Assembly (NCBI GenBank): GCA_964594175.1
Contig: CAZQLM010000007.1
Coordinates: 1-22,852 of the forward strand
Reading direction: 5' to 3'
Length of the DNA: 22,852 nt
Source: an uncultured archaeon
GTDB lineage: Archaea > Aenigmatarchaeota > Aenigmatarchaeia > Aenigmatarchaeales > SZUA-1535
The position numbers and the translations under genes are program-made. Of the stretch, positions 1 through 8,171 are shown one piece after another. The stretch's first letter is position 1, and every line of letters begins with the position of its first letter. Under the pieces are notes generated by a model. The model was not told the origin of the DNA. It worked only from the letters and a program-made list of their open reading frames with translations, and did no database searches.

Positions 1-166
1 TACGTTAGCAGCCTTTTAATCTCCTTAACAAATCCTTCAGCATTTTTAATTAAATTTCAAAAAGAGTTTGCGGATCTTAAGGAAAATAAAAATGAAAATG
101 TTTGCAATCTCCGACCACACCACACACTTCCAAAATTTTAAATTCTATTGTGTTTTTAAATATATT

Positions 167-397
167 ATGGAAGAAAATCTTATAAAACTCGGTGTCATGC
201 TGATTTTACTTGGTTTTTTTCTAGTGTTTGCAGGAGCTGTGATTGGTGTTAGAGAAGGGAATGTGAAATTCGGTTTTGGTGGTTTTATCGGGCCTATTCC
301 TTTCGGTTTTGCAAACGATCCCAGAATGCTTTGGATAATCATCGCAATCTCAATTTTGATGCTCGTTCTATTTTTTCTATTTATAAAACAGATTTAA
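167..397 (+). CDS. Small two-helix membrane protein, DUF131/TIGR00304-like
   Basis: ORF 68..397 trimmed to the internal ATG at 167 (MEENLIKLG...). Two hydrophobic helices flank a Gly-rich loop, GFGGFIGPIPFGF, a pattern I associate with the small archaeal DUF131 membrane proteins. A TATA-like 'aaaattttaaatt' lies about 25-30 nt upstream of 167. Confidence 0.55.
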   Translation: MEENLIKLGVMLILLGFFLVFAGAVIGVREGNVKFGFGGFIGPIPFGFANDPRMLWIIIAISILMLVLFFLFIKQI

Positions 398-420
398 ACA
401 AGCTTGTAAAAAACAATATT

Positions 421-1197
421 ATGGGCAAGGTTCAGGAAAGAATAAAGAAAAACTCCTGGGTTTTGCTCCTTGGAAAAAAGAGCTATGTTGTAAAGGTTAA
501 AGGAATTTTTCACTGCGAATTTGGAAAAATCGAGCTGGAAAAGCTGGTTGGCAAAGCATATGGTACAGAAATCGAAACGCATTTAGGAGAAAAATTCGTA
601 GCGTGCAAACCCCTTTTCACAGATTTATTGAAAAAAGCAAAGAGAAAACCGCAGATAATTTTGCCGAGAGATGCTGCTGTAATTCTGGCAAAGACAGGAA
701 TAGGGAAAAGCTCTGTAGCTATAGACGCAGGAACAGGCTCTGGATTTCTTGCAATGTTTCTCGCAAATTTCGTTAAAAAAGTTTACACATATGAAAAAAG
801 GAAAGAATTTTACGAAATTGCTAAGGAAAACTTCCGTGTTCTTGGTTTTAGGAATGTTGAAATAAAATACAAAGATGTAAGTAAAGGATTTGATGAAAAA
901 AACGTGGACTTAGTAGTGCTGGATCTGGAAAAACCTGAGAAAATAGTTAAGCATGCTTATAACTCGCTCAGAGATGCTGGCTATTTAGCTGTTTTTTGCC
1001 CTTATGCAGAAGAAGTAGGAAAAGTCGTTAAGGTAATGAAGAAAAATTTCACTGAAATAGAGGTTGTGGAAAACATGCAAAGAGAATGGGAGATAAGTTT
1101 TGATAAATCCGGGCAAAGCCATTTGAGAGCAAAGCCATTCTTAACCTTTACTGGATTTTTAGTCTTTGGGAGAAAGAAACACATGCCACTCAAATGA
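421..1197 (+). CDS. trmI: tRNA (adenine-N1)-methyltransferase, TrmI/Trm61(Gcd14) family
   Basis: ORF 331..1197 trimmed to ATG 421 (MGKVQERI...). It has the SAM-binding motif AIDAGTGSGFLAMFLA, VVLDLEKPEK (equivalent to LDLPxPW), and a C-terminal HLRAKP..FTGFLVFGRK typical of TrmI. Confidence 0.8.
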   Translation: MGKVQERIKKNSWVLLLGKKSYVVKVKGIFHCEFGKIELEKLVGKAYGTEIETHLGEKFVACKPLFTDLLKKAKRKPQIILPRDAAVILAKTGIGKSSVAIDAGTGSGFLAMFLANFVKKVYTYEKRKEFYEIAKENFRVLGFRNVEIKYKDVSKGFDEKNVDLVVLDLEKPEKIVKHAYNSLRDAGYLAVFCPYAEEVGKVVKVMKKNFTEIEVVENMQREWEISFDKSGQSHLRAKPFLTFTGFLVFGRKKHMPLK

Positions 1198-1237
1198 AAG
1201 CAAAACATTTATAAATTTCTATCCAAAGGTTTTAACC

Positions 1238-1810
1238 ATGTACTGGATAGCAACAGTAGAGGACGATATTCGCGTTGCTCCAGAAGATCTTGAAAAGGAC
1301 GTGAAAGAAGCTATTAAGGAAAGTATAAGCAAGAGCTACGAGGGTGTTGTGGATCCAAAAACAGGGATTTTTCTTGCTGTGGATGAAATCCTGGAAATAG
1401 GTGAAGGTAGAGTTCTTCCAGAAGATCCCGGAGTACATTTTCCCTGTAAATTCAAAATTCTTGTCTGGAAACCTGTGGAAAAGCAAATAGTAGAAGGAGA
1501 AGTCGTGGACGTCACGGAATTCGGAGTGTTCATAAGGATCGGAGCGATCGACGGATTGGTGCACATTTCGCAGATAATGGATGACTATGTTAGCTACGAT
1601 GAAAAGAACTCAATGCTTGTTGGAAAAAGCTCAAGAAAAACACTCAAAGAAGGAGACAAAGTGAGAGCGAGGGTTATTTCCGTGAGCCTTAAAGAAGAGA
1701 GCAAGATAGGTTTGACGATGCGTCAGCCAGGTTTGGGAGCTCTTCAATGGCTGGAAAGGGAAAAGAAAGCTTCTCAAGAAAGGGAGAAGAAAGGAGGTAA
1801 GAAGAAATGA
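1238..1810 (+). CDS. rpo7: DNA-directed RNA polymerase subunit E' (Rpo7) with S1 domain
   Basis: ORF 1166..1810 trimmed to ATG 1238 (MYWIATVEDDIRVAPEDL). The S1 fold segment is EGEVVDVTEFGVFIRIGAIDGLVHISQIMDDYVSYD...GDKVRARVISVS...IGLTMRQPGLG. The tail is Lys-rich. The stop overlaps the spt4 start (ATGA at 1807-1810). Confidence 0.9.
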   Translation: MYWIATVEDDIRVAPEDLEKDVKEAIKESISKSYEGVVDPKTGIFLAVDEILEIGEGRVLPEDPGVHFPCKFKILVWKPVEKQIVEGEVVDVTEFGVFIRIGAIDGLVHISQIMDDYVSYDEKNSMLVGKSSRKTLKEGDKVRARVISVSLKEESKIGLTMRQPGLGALQWLEREKKASQEREKKGGKKK

Positions 1811-1989
1811 ATGAGTTCGCTTGCAAGATATGCAGGCGTATAGTTAAAGGAAACTTCTGCCCGGTTTGCAAAAGCCAAGATTTAGCGAAGAGCTGGAAGG
1901 GTTTGCTTATAGTATTCAGTACAGAATCCGAGATAGCGAAAGCAGCAGGAATAACGGCTCCTGGTAGATATGCTGTAAAGGTAAAGTAA
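1807..1989 (+). CDS. spt4: Transcription elongation factor Spt4 / RNA polymerase subunit E''
   Basis: 60 aa with a zinc ribbon, CKIC...CPVC, followed by SWKGLLIVF. It sits directly downstream of rpo7, the conserved archaeal gene order. Confidence 0.85.
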   Translation: MNEFACKICRRIVKGNFCPVCKSQDLAKSWKGLLIVFSTESEIAKAAGITAPGRYAVKVK

Positions 1990-2067
1990 AACCTATAGTC
2001 TATCTTTAATGCAAATAAACTCATTGGCTTTCCTTAACTTTATTATGAAAGAATAAGGAGTGGCAAA

Positions 2068-2703
2068 ATGAAAATTACCATTGTTTACGACAACACAGCT
2101 TTCAGAAAGGATTTGCAAGCAAATTGGGGGTTCTCGGCGCTTGTAGAAGTTAAAAAAAGAAAAATACTTTTTGACACGGGAGCAAATGGAGGGATTTTGC
2201 TTTCGAATATGAAAAAGCTTAAAATTGATCCAAAAGAAATTGGAGATGTTTTTATCTCTCATCTTCACTGGGATCATGTAGGCGGTTTAAAAGATTTTCT
2301 TCGGGTAAACAATAAAGTAAAGCTCTGGGTTCCTTCTTATTTTCCAGTAGCAGAAAAGGCAGGAAAAGTTATTGAAATAAAAAAGCCAAGAAAACTTTAC
2401 GATGGGGTTTACTCCACCGGTGAACTTGATGGAATAGAGCAATCTCTTTGCGTTGAAACGAAAAAAGGTGTTGTGCTCATAGTAGGATGCTCGCATCCGA
2501 GAATGGAAAGAATTCTTAGCATAGCTTCAAAATTCGGAAAGGTTTACGGTATTATAGGTGGTTTGCATTCAACTAGGCCTGAATCCTTAAAAGCTCTAAA
2601 CTTGATCTGCCCTGCCCATTGTACGCGATACAAAGCGGAGATAAAATTTCTCTATCCAGAGAAGTGCATTGAAGGAGGAGCGGGAAAAGTGATTGAGATA
2701 TGA
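2068..2703 (+). CDS. Metallo-beta-lactamase-fold protein (COG1237-like), cytosolic paralogue
   Basis: N-terminus MKITIVYDN...WGFSALVE...ILFDTGA. HxHxDH motif SHLHWDHVGG. Late motifs GCSHP and GGLH. A strong RBS 'aaggagtgg' lies 6-14 nt upstream of ATG 2068. Confidence 0.75.
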   Translation: MKITIVYDNTAFRKDLQANWGFSALVEVKKRKILFDTGANGGILLSNMKKLKIDPKEIGDVFISHLHWDHVGGLKDFLRVNNKVKLWVPSYFPVAEKAGKVIEIKKPRKLYDGVYSTGELDGIEQSLCVETKKGVVLIVGCSHPRMERILSIASKFGKVYGIIGGLHSTRPESLKALNLICPAHCTRYKAEIKFLYPEKCIEGGAGKVIEI

Positions 2704-3260
2704 AAGAATTAATAGAAATAAGAAAATACTTGAAAGAAAAATCGAGCAGCAAAGCAAGAGAAAGCTTTCAAAGGTTTGTTTCAAAATCTGAAAAATGCTA
2801 TGGAGTTTATCTTGCTGAGATAAACAAACTCGTCCCGAAATACGCTTCCTGCGGATTTAAACTTGTTGAGAAATTATGGAAAAGCTACTATATAGAAGAA
2901 AAAATTTTGGCAGCAAAAATTTTAGGAAAAATTTGTAAAAAAGATCCAAATAAAACACTGAAGTTGATAGAAAGTTTCCTTAACGATATCTCAAACTGGG
3001 CAGTGTGCGATACTTTAGCAACGCAGGGAATAAGAGCGATAGCAAAAATAAAGAAAAAAGAAATTTTTGAACTTTCGAAAAAACTGATAAAATCAAAAAA
3101 CCCTTGGAAGAGAAGGTTCGCAATAGTTTTGCTGCTCAACTTCAAAAAGGATATAAGCTCGAGAAAGGAAATTGAAAAAATACTTAAACAAGCAGAAAAT
3201 GATGAAGAATATTACGTTAAAAAAGCAATAGATTGGATAAAGAGAAGTTTTAAAGATTGA
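2700..3260 (+). CDS. HEAT-repeat DNA alkylation repair-like protein (AlkC/AlkD, PF08713-like)
   Basis: All-helical, Lys-rich 186 aa protein with a central ISNWAVCDTLA (compare the NWD.vD motif of the family), plus PWKRRFAIVLL and EEYYVKKAIDW. The start overlaps the upstream MBL stop (ATGA at 2700-2703). Confidence 0.6.
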   Translation: MKELIEIRKYLKEKSSSKARESFQRFVSKSEKCYGVYLAEINKLVPKYASCGFKLVEKLWKSYYIEEKILAAKILGKICKKDPNKTLKLIESFLNDISNWAVCDTLATQGIRAIAKIKKKEIFELSKKLIKSKNPWKRRFAIVLLLNFKKDISSRKEIEKILKQAENDEEYYVKKAIDWIKRSFKD

Positions 3261-3345
3261 TAAAGGAGTTGATAATCAAAGGAATGATTAGGAAAATTAT
3301 GCTTTAGCGAAAGTTGAAGAATAGGCGATAGAAGAGGTTGAAAAA

Positions 3346-3696
3346 ATGAAAAAGGCAAAAATAATCAGAGCAATTAAGTATGCCCTTGAGATGATGTTAA
3401 TTCTGAATTTTGCGCTCTCCATTATACCTGTTTTGATAAACCCAGAGGCATGGCTCTTTGGACACAAGCTTGGCGGAATAAAAGCTTGCTGCTGGTTATT
3501 GGCAAATGGTGCTATAGGGTTAATGCTTGCATATCTTTTATTCAAAGATGTAAAGCACTGCTACTTAGCTGCGGCTATATTTTTTCTCGTTAATTTTGTA
3601 AACGTTATTGTAATTCCTATTAGCACATTTTCTCCTTTCTATTTCTTTGGAGTTGTTTTCTCTCTAGTTGGAGTTTTTGGTGAAAAATGGCACTGA
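3346..3696 (+). CDS. Hypothetical integral membrane protein (3-4 predicted TM helices)
   Basis: 116 aa ORF with an RBS-like 'agaggttga' upstream and several long hydrophobic stretches. The antisense ORF 3297..3545 looks less protein-like. Confidence 0.5.
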   Translation: MKKAKIIRAIKYALEMMLILNFALSIIPVLINPEAWLFGHKLGGIKACCWLLANGAIGLMLAYLLFKDVKHCYLAAAIFFLVNFVNVIVIPISTFSPFYFFGVVFSLVGVFGEKWH

Positions 3697-3736
3697 AGCA
3701 AAAAAAATTAAATAAAAAAAGCCGAGATTGATTGAT

Positions 3737-4585
3737 ATGAATTTAAAAATTTTGGTTTTAATCTGGATTCCAATTTTAGCAGGAGTATGGATTTGGTTTT
3801 CAATCCAAACCGAAAAAGCAAAATCAGAACAGTCAAAAACACCAGAGATTTTGTCAAATATTTCTGTTGAGCCAAAGAAAGAAAAGCCAGAAATAACTTT
3901 GATCTCCGTTTATGACAATTATCAAGTGGATCCGAGACTTAAAACTGATTGGGGCTTTGCTACTATAATAAAAACTCCTAAGGAGCTGATACTTTTTGAC
4001 ACAGGTGCTGATTCGGAAATTCTGCTTTCAAATATGGAAAAACTGGGCATTAATCCCTTATCAATTAAAAAAGTAGTTATCTCCCATATTCATAGCGACC
4101 ATGTAGGTGGTTTAAAAGGTTTCTTGGAGAGAAACAGTAATGTTACAGTTTTCGTTCCGAGTTCTTTTCCTCAATCTATCAAAGATATGATAATCCAGAA
4201 AGGAGCAAAACTTGTAGAGGTTTCGGCACCAAGGGAAATTTCAGATTTTGTTTACACAACTGGAGAGCTTTATGCTTTTCCACCAGAGCAATCCTTGATC
4301 ATTGATTCAAGAAAAGGCTTAGTAATTATTACCGGCTGCGCCCATCCAGGGATAGTGAATATTGTTAAGAAAGCCAAGGAATTGATGAAGAAAGATAAGG
4401 TATACTTGGTTTTGGGAGGATTTCACCATCCTCCTGTTTCTTGTGTTAAAGAATTTAAAAAATTGCAAGTTGAAAAAGTTGCACCATCCCATTGTACAGG
4501 TGATTTAGCAAGGAAAGTTTTCAGAAAAGAATATAAGGAAGATTTTATCGAGTACGGGGTAGGAAAAATAATCGAAATTAAATAA
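3737..4585 (+). CDS. Metallo-beta-lactamase-fold protein (COG1237-like) with N-terminal membrane anchor
   Basis: ORF 3728..4585; ATG at 3737 preferred (MNLKILVLIWIPILAGVWIWF = TM/signal anchor). A K/E/P/S-rich linker follows. The remainder is a paralogue of 2068..2703: ITLISVYDN...WGFATII...ILFDTGA, SHIHSDHVGG, GCAHPG, GGFHH. Confidence 0.75.
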   Translation: MNLKILVLIWIPILAGVWIWFSIQTEKAKSEQSKTPEILSNISVEPKKEKPEITLISVYDNYQVDPRLKTDWGFATIIKTPKELILFDTGADSEILLSNMEKLGINPLSIKKVVISHIHSDHVGGLKGFLERNSNVTVFVPSSFPQSIKDMIIQKGAKLVEVSAPREISDFVYTTGELYAFPPEQSLIIDSRKGLVIITGCAHPGIVNIVKKAKELMKKDKVYLVLGGFHHPPVSCVKEFKKLQVEKVAPSHCTGDLARKVFRKEYKEDFIEYGVGKIIEIK

Positions 4586-4618
4586 AGCACGTGGAAAACT
4601 TTTAAAGAAAAAATTTTC

Positions 4619-4631
4619 TTATATTTATAAA
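4619..4631 (+). promoter_or_regulatory. Putative TATA box for aRF1 (leaderless-type spacing)
   Basis: 'ttatatttataaa' is centred about 27-30 nt upstream of ATG 4655, and no Shine-Dalgarno sequence lies between them. Confidence 0.3.
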
Positions 4632-4654
4632 CCTTTTTAAAAAAATTCTTTTGC

Positions 4655-5863
4655 ATGCACGAGGAAGCGCAGCTCAAGCTGAAAAAGCTTGTAGAGGAGC
4701 TTGAGAAAATTCGTGGCAGGCACACAGAGCTTATTAGTCTTTATATTCCAGCTGGCTATAATTTAAATGAAATAGTTTCCATGATTTCTCAGGAAATAGC
4801 TCTTACAGAAAACGTTAAAAGCAAAACAGTAAGAAAAAACGTTACAGATGCTTTGACAAAAATTCTTCAGCATCTGCGCTTGTACAAGCAAACTCCGGAA
4901 AACGGTTTAGTAATTTTCGCTGGTAACGTTTCGCAGCAGGAGGGGAAGAGCGATATCAAGCTATGGGCAATAGAGCCACCACAGCCAATAAATGTAAAGC
5001 TTTACTGGTGCGATCAAAAATTCGAGCTTGCTCCGCTAAAAGAACAGCTTAAAGAGAAAGAGGTTTACGGGCTAATAGTTCTCGATACAAAAGAATGCAC
5101 AATTGGCTTGTTAAGCGGAAAAAACATTAAAATGCTAAAGCATATGGAAAGCATAGTTCCAGGAAAGTTTATCAAAGGTGGGCAGAGCGCAGCGCGCTTT
5201 CAGCGCGTTCGCGAGGGCTTGATAAATGACTGGTACAAAAAAATCGGCGAAATAGCTAAAGAGCTTTTTTCGCAGCATGAGCTTAAGGGATTGCTTATCG
5301 GCGGGCCAGGAGTGAGCAAGGAACATTTTCTTGCGGGCGAGTATTTGCCTAGTGAGCTAAGAAAAAGGGTTATAGGTGTGGTTGATACAGGCTATACAAG
5401 TGAGCACGCTTTGCACGAGCTAGTCGAAAAAGGGATAGAGTTTATCAGAGAAAGTAAATACGCAAAGGAAAAGGAAATTTTGACAAGATTTTTCTCTGAG
5501 CTCAAGAAGGAAAGCGAGCTTGTAACATATGGATTGAGCTATGTGCTCAATGCATTGCGAAAAGGTGCTGTTGAGCTATTACTTATTTCAGAAGATTTTC
5601 CCTGGAAAGAGGTTAAGGCTTACTGCAGGAAATGCGATTTTGCTGAGAAAAAATTTGTAAAGGAAAATGAAAAAATTCTTTGCCCGAAGTGTAAGGGAGA
5701 GATGGAAATACTTGAAGAAATGCAGGGTATAGAAGCATTGGAAGAAATGGCAAAGGATTTCAGCACTAGTATCTACATAGTTTCTCGCGGTACGAGAGAA
5801 GGAGAACAGTTTTACAATCTCGGTGGAATTGGCGCTTTTCTAAGATGGAAAATTGAAGAGTGA
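4655..5863 (+). CDS. prf1: Peptide chain release factor aRF1
   Basis: GGQ motif (KGGQSAARFQRVRE, ggt ggg cag at 5177-5185). YxCxxxF motif (YWCDQKF). NIKS-equivalent ENVKSKTVRKNV (4811-4822). Three-domain length of 402 aa. Confidence 0.92.
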   Translation: MHEEAQLKLKKLVEELEKIRGRHTELISLYIPAGYNLNEIVSMISQEIALTENVKSKTVRKNVTDALTKILQHLRLYKQTPENGLVIFAGNVSQQEGKSDIKLWAIEPPQPINVKLYWCDQKFELAPLKEQLKEKEVYGLIVLDTKECTIGLLSGKNIKMLKHMESIVPGKFIKGGQSAARFQRVREGLINDWYKKIGEIAKELFSQHELKGLLIGGPGVSKEHFLAGEYLPSELRKRVIGVVDTGYTSEHALHELVEKGIEFIRESKYAKEKEILTRFFSELKKESELVTYGLSYVLNALRKGAVELLLISEDFPWKEVKAYCRKCDFAEKKFVKENEKILCPKCKGEMEILEEMQGIEALEEMAKDFSTSIYIVSRGTREGEQFYNLGGIGAFLRWKIEE

Positions 5864-6347
5864 AAAGAATTTAAAGTTTTTTGTTGTTACACCTTTCATG
5901 GACATAGACTATAAATTATTTGAGAAATTACCGAAAACGCCATTGGAATATGATGTAACACTTAAATTTTCAGAAAATAAAACCAAGAAAATGATTAGAA
6001 TGAACATTTCTCCTAACAAAAATGCATTTCATTTATTTGGCTATCTACATCCTAGTGAAATAATAAACGTTCATCCGCCTGTACCGCAAAAATGTCTAGG
6101 AAAAATGATAAGGCAAACCGTTAAAAATGTTGTTCACGAGATTAGAGAGTGCATTTTGGAAAACTTTTTGAAAACTTTAAGAAAATATAGTATACAATTA
6201 CTTTCAAAAGATGAAATTGAAATAAGCGAAAAGGGAATTTTAGGAATTTTAGATGAAAGTGAAATTTTAGGTACTTTTCACTCTCCAGAGCTGGGAGAAG
6301 GATATCTTGTCAAAATACTCAGATGCTATTGGTATAGTGGTAAGTGA
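5853..6347 (+). CDS. Hypothetical protein (no recognisable family)
   Basis: 164-codon open frame in an AT-rich genome with no competing ORF on either strand. The start is TTG 5853 (overlapping the aRF1 stop) or ATG 5898 (MDIDYKLF...). The 3' end overlaps the hisS 3' end by 22 nt. Confidence 0.4.
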   Translation: MKSEKNLKFFVVTPFMDIDYKLFEKLPKTPLEYDVTLKFSENKTKKMIRMNISPNKNAFHLFGYLHPSEIINVHPPVPQKCLGKMIRQTVKNVVHEIRECILENFLKTLRKYSIQLLSKDEIEISEKGILGILDESEILGTFHSPELGEGYLVKILRCYWYSGK

Positions 6348-7564
6348 AAAATTTCTTTAAATGGTATTTCTCTTTCCTCTCCAGTTTCCATATTTCTGAG
6401 CTTTATTACATTTTTTTCCTTTTCTCTTTTTCCAAAGAAAATCACGAACTCGAATCCTTTAGAGTTTGCGTAATCGAGCTGCTTGCTCAGAGAGCGTTGC
6501 ATTACATCTAGCTCGCAGGCAAAGCCTTGTTCTCGTAAAACAGAGCAAATTTTTATACACTCTTTCAAAAGTTCTTTATCAACAACAGCTACAAATACGC
6601 TTGGTTTTTTGATTTTTTCAGCAAATTTCTCGTCAAGCATTTCCATTATTCTTGTTACTCCGAGCGATATTCCTGTAGCAGGGAGTTTTTTAGAAGAAAA
6701 GATTTCTATAAGGTTATCATACCTTCCACCTCCCCCAAAGGACAAGCGCTCTTTTTCAAAATAAATTTCATAAACAAGCGATGTATAGTAATCAAGCCCT
6801 CTTACCAAAGACAAATCCACTCTAAGTTTTTTCTCGATTCCGTAAAAGCTCGCGAGCTCTAAAAGCTTTTCTATTTCTTCATTTCCTTTTTCCTTAATTT
6901 CAGAAAAATCTTTTTGAACAATTTCAAGAACTTTCTCAGCGTTTACACCAATTTGCTCAAGCTCTTTTCTCACATTTTCTGCACCGACTTTGTCAAGCTT
7001 ATCTATTATCCGAAAGCACTCTTTTATTTTCTCTCCTGCAAAAGGCTTGAGCAAATTTTCAATAAGAGCTCTGCTGTTAACGCGAATCGCAAAATTTTTC
7101 ACCCCAAGCTTTTTCAAAACCTCGCACGCGCATGCCAAGCACTCTGCATCTGCAAGTAAAGATGAAGAACCAACAATATCTATGTCTGCCTGCCAAAACT
7201 CGCGATAGCGCAGGCGCTGCGGGTTATCGTAGCGCCACACAGGGGCTATTGCATAACGCTTAAACGGTTTTGCAAGCTGCGGATTTGCTGCTACAAAACG
7301 AGCTAAAGGCATGGTTAAGTCAAACCTCAAACCTAGCTCTCTTCCTGCCTTGTCTTTAAAATAATAAATCTCATCTTTAACCCCTTCTCCCAACCCGCCC
7401 TTAGCTGCGAGAATTTCAAACTTTTCAAAAGCAGGTGTGAACAAAGGCTCAAAACCAAAGTTTTCAAAAGTTTGTTTACAGATTTCTATTATTTTCCAAA
7501 GTTTCCTTGCCTGATCTTGAGCTATATCCTTTGTTCCTTTTGGCGGAGCTAAATCGAATTTCAT
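6326..7564 (-). CDS. hisS: Histidine--tRNA ligase (class II, with anticodon-binding domain)
   Basis: Motif 2 region VWRYDNPQRLRYREFWQADIDIVG. Motif 3 region GGGGRYDNL. LGLRFDLTMPLARF. The C-terminal alpha/beta anticodon-binding domain is VFVAVVDKE...QLDYANSKGFEFVIFFGKRE...IKLRNMETGEE. Confidence 0.92.
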   Translation of the reverse strand: MKFDLAPPKGTKDIAQDQARKLWKIIEICKQTFENFGFEPLFTPAFEKFEILAAKGGLGEGVKDEIYYFKDKAGRELGLRFDLTMPLARFVAANPQLAKPFKRYAIAPVWRYDNPQRLRYREFWQADIDIVGSSSLLADAECLACACEVLKKLGVKNFAIRVNSRALIENLLKPFAGEKIKECFRIIDKLDKVGAENVRKELEQIGVNAEKVLEIVQKDFSEIKEKGNEEIEKLLELASFYGIEKKLRVDLSLVRGLDYYTSLVYEIYFEKERLSFGGGGRYDNLIEIFSSKKLPATGISLGVTRIMEMLDEKFAEKIKKPSVFVAVVDKELLKECIKICSVLREQGFACELDVMQRSLSKQLDYANSKGFEFVIFFGKREKEKNVIKLRNMETGEEREIPFKEIFHLPLYQ

Positions 7565-7566
7565 TT

Positions 7567-8100
7567 TTACTCACCAAATAACATTTTTGTCTGCGAAGAG
7601 CTTTCTTTGTTTGAAATAACTACTGCATAACTTCTTAATATTTCTTCAAAAATTTTCAAATTATTTGCTTTTGACGTTTTTCCAGAAGAAACATTATCTA
7701 TTGCAATATCCGCAAATCCAGCTGTAACCCAACCTTCTGTTTCACCTACAGCATTTTCTATTTCAAAACTTTCTATTCCCTTTTCACGTATCCATTTTTC
7801 AGATAAATTTGGATAAGGTGTTACTATCCTTAATCGCAAATCTTCATATTTTTCCAGGTTAAAATCCTTTTTTGTTAAAGCACAGATTTTAGCTTTAGCA
7901 GAAGATGTAAATTCTTTTAAAACCTCTAGATTCGTTTTATAACCTTTTTTCAAAAGATATTCCTCAAACCAATCCTTTCCTGTTATACCAAGTAAAGCTT
8001 TTTCTGGATATTTTTCAAGAATGATTGGGACATCACGAGATTTTACTAAAAGTAGATTATAATTTCCTAATGAAAAAGAAAATTTTCTTTCTTCAATCAC
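7567..8100 (-). CDS. hisG: ATP phosphoribosyltransferase, short form (HisG_S-like); 5' end unresolved
   Basis: VKSRDVPIILEKY...LGITGKDWFEE; RIVTPYPNLSEKWIREKG; PRPP loop ADIAIDNVSSGKTSKANNLK. It ends without the C-terminal regulatory domain of long HisG. The track start is GTG 8100, but HisG-like sequence continues in frame upstream to 8193 with no ATG, GTG or TTG (see findings). The stop lies 2 nt before the hisS start. Confidence 0.7.
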   Translation of the reverse strand: MIEERKFSFSLGNYNLLLVKSRDVPIILEKYPEKALLGITGKDWFEEYLLKKGYKTNLEVLKEFTSSAKAKICALTKKDFNLEKYEDLRLRIVTPYPNLSEKWIREKGIESFEIENAVGETEGWVTAGFADIAIDNVSSGKTSKANNLKIFEEILRSYAVVISNKESSSQTKMLFGE

Positions 8101-8171
8101 AATATTTTTTCCTGTTAATTCTTCTAAATAATTTCTTATATTTCCGTTGTCATATCTTAGTATTTTTTCTC

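Noticed and set aside
1-141. Open frame from the window edge to TAA at about 139-141 (YVSSLLISLTNPSAFLIKFQKEFADLKENKNENVCNLRPHHTLPKF*), possibly the 3' end of an upstream gene
   Set aside because: It is only about 46 codons with no recognisable motif, and it overlaps the promoter-like AT-rich region of the DUF131-like gene. This cannot be judged without the upstream sequence.
4811-4822. Stop-codon reassignment suggested by the NVKS variant of the aRF1 NIKS motif
   Set aside because: In this window TAA (spt4, hisG), TAG (hisS, radical SAM, mtaD, glycosyltransferase) and TGA (rpo7, trmI, aRF1, MBL) all terminate conserved genes at the expected lengths. I saw no in-frame stops inside intact conserved genes.
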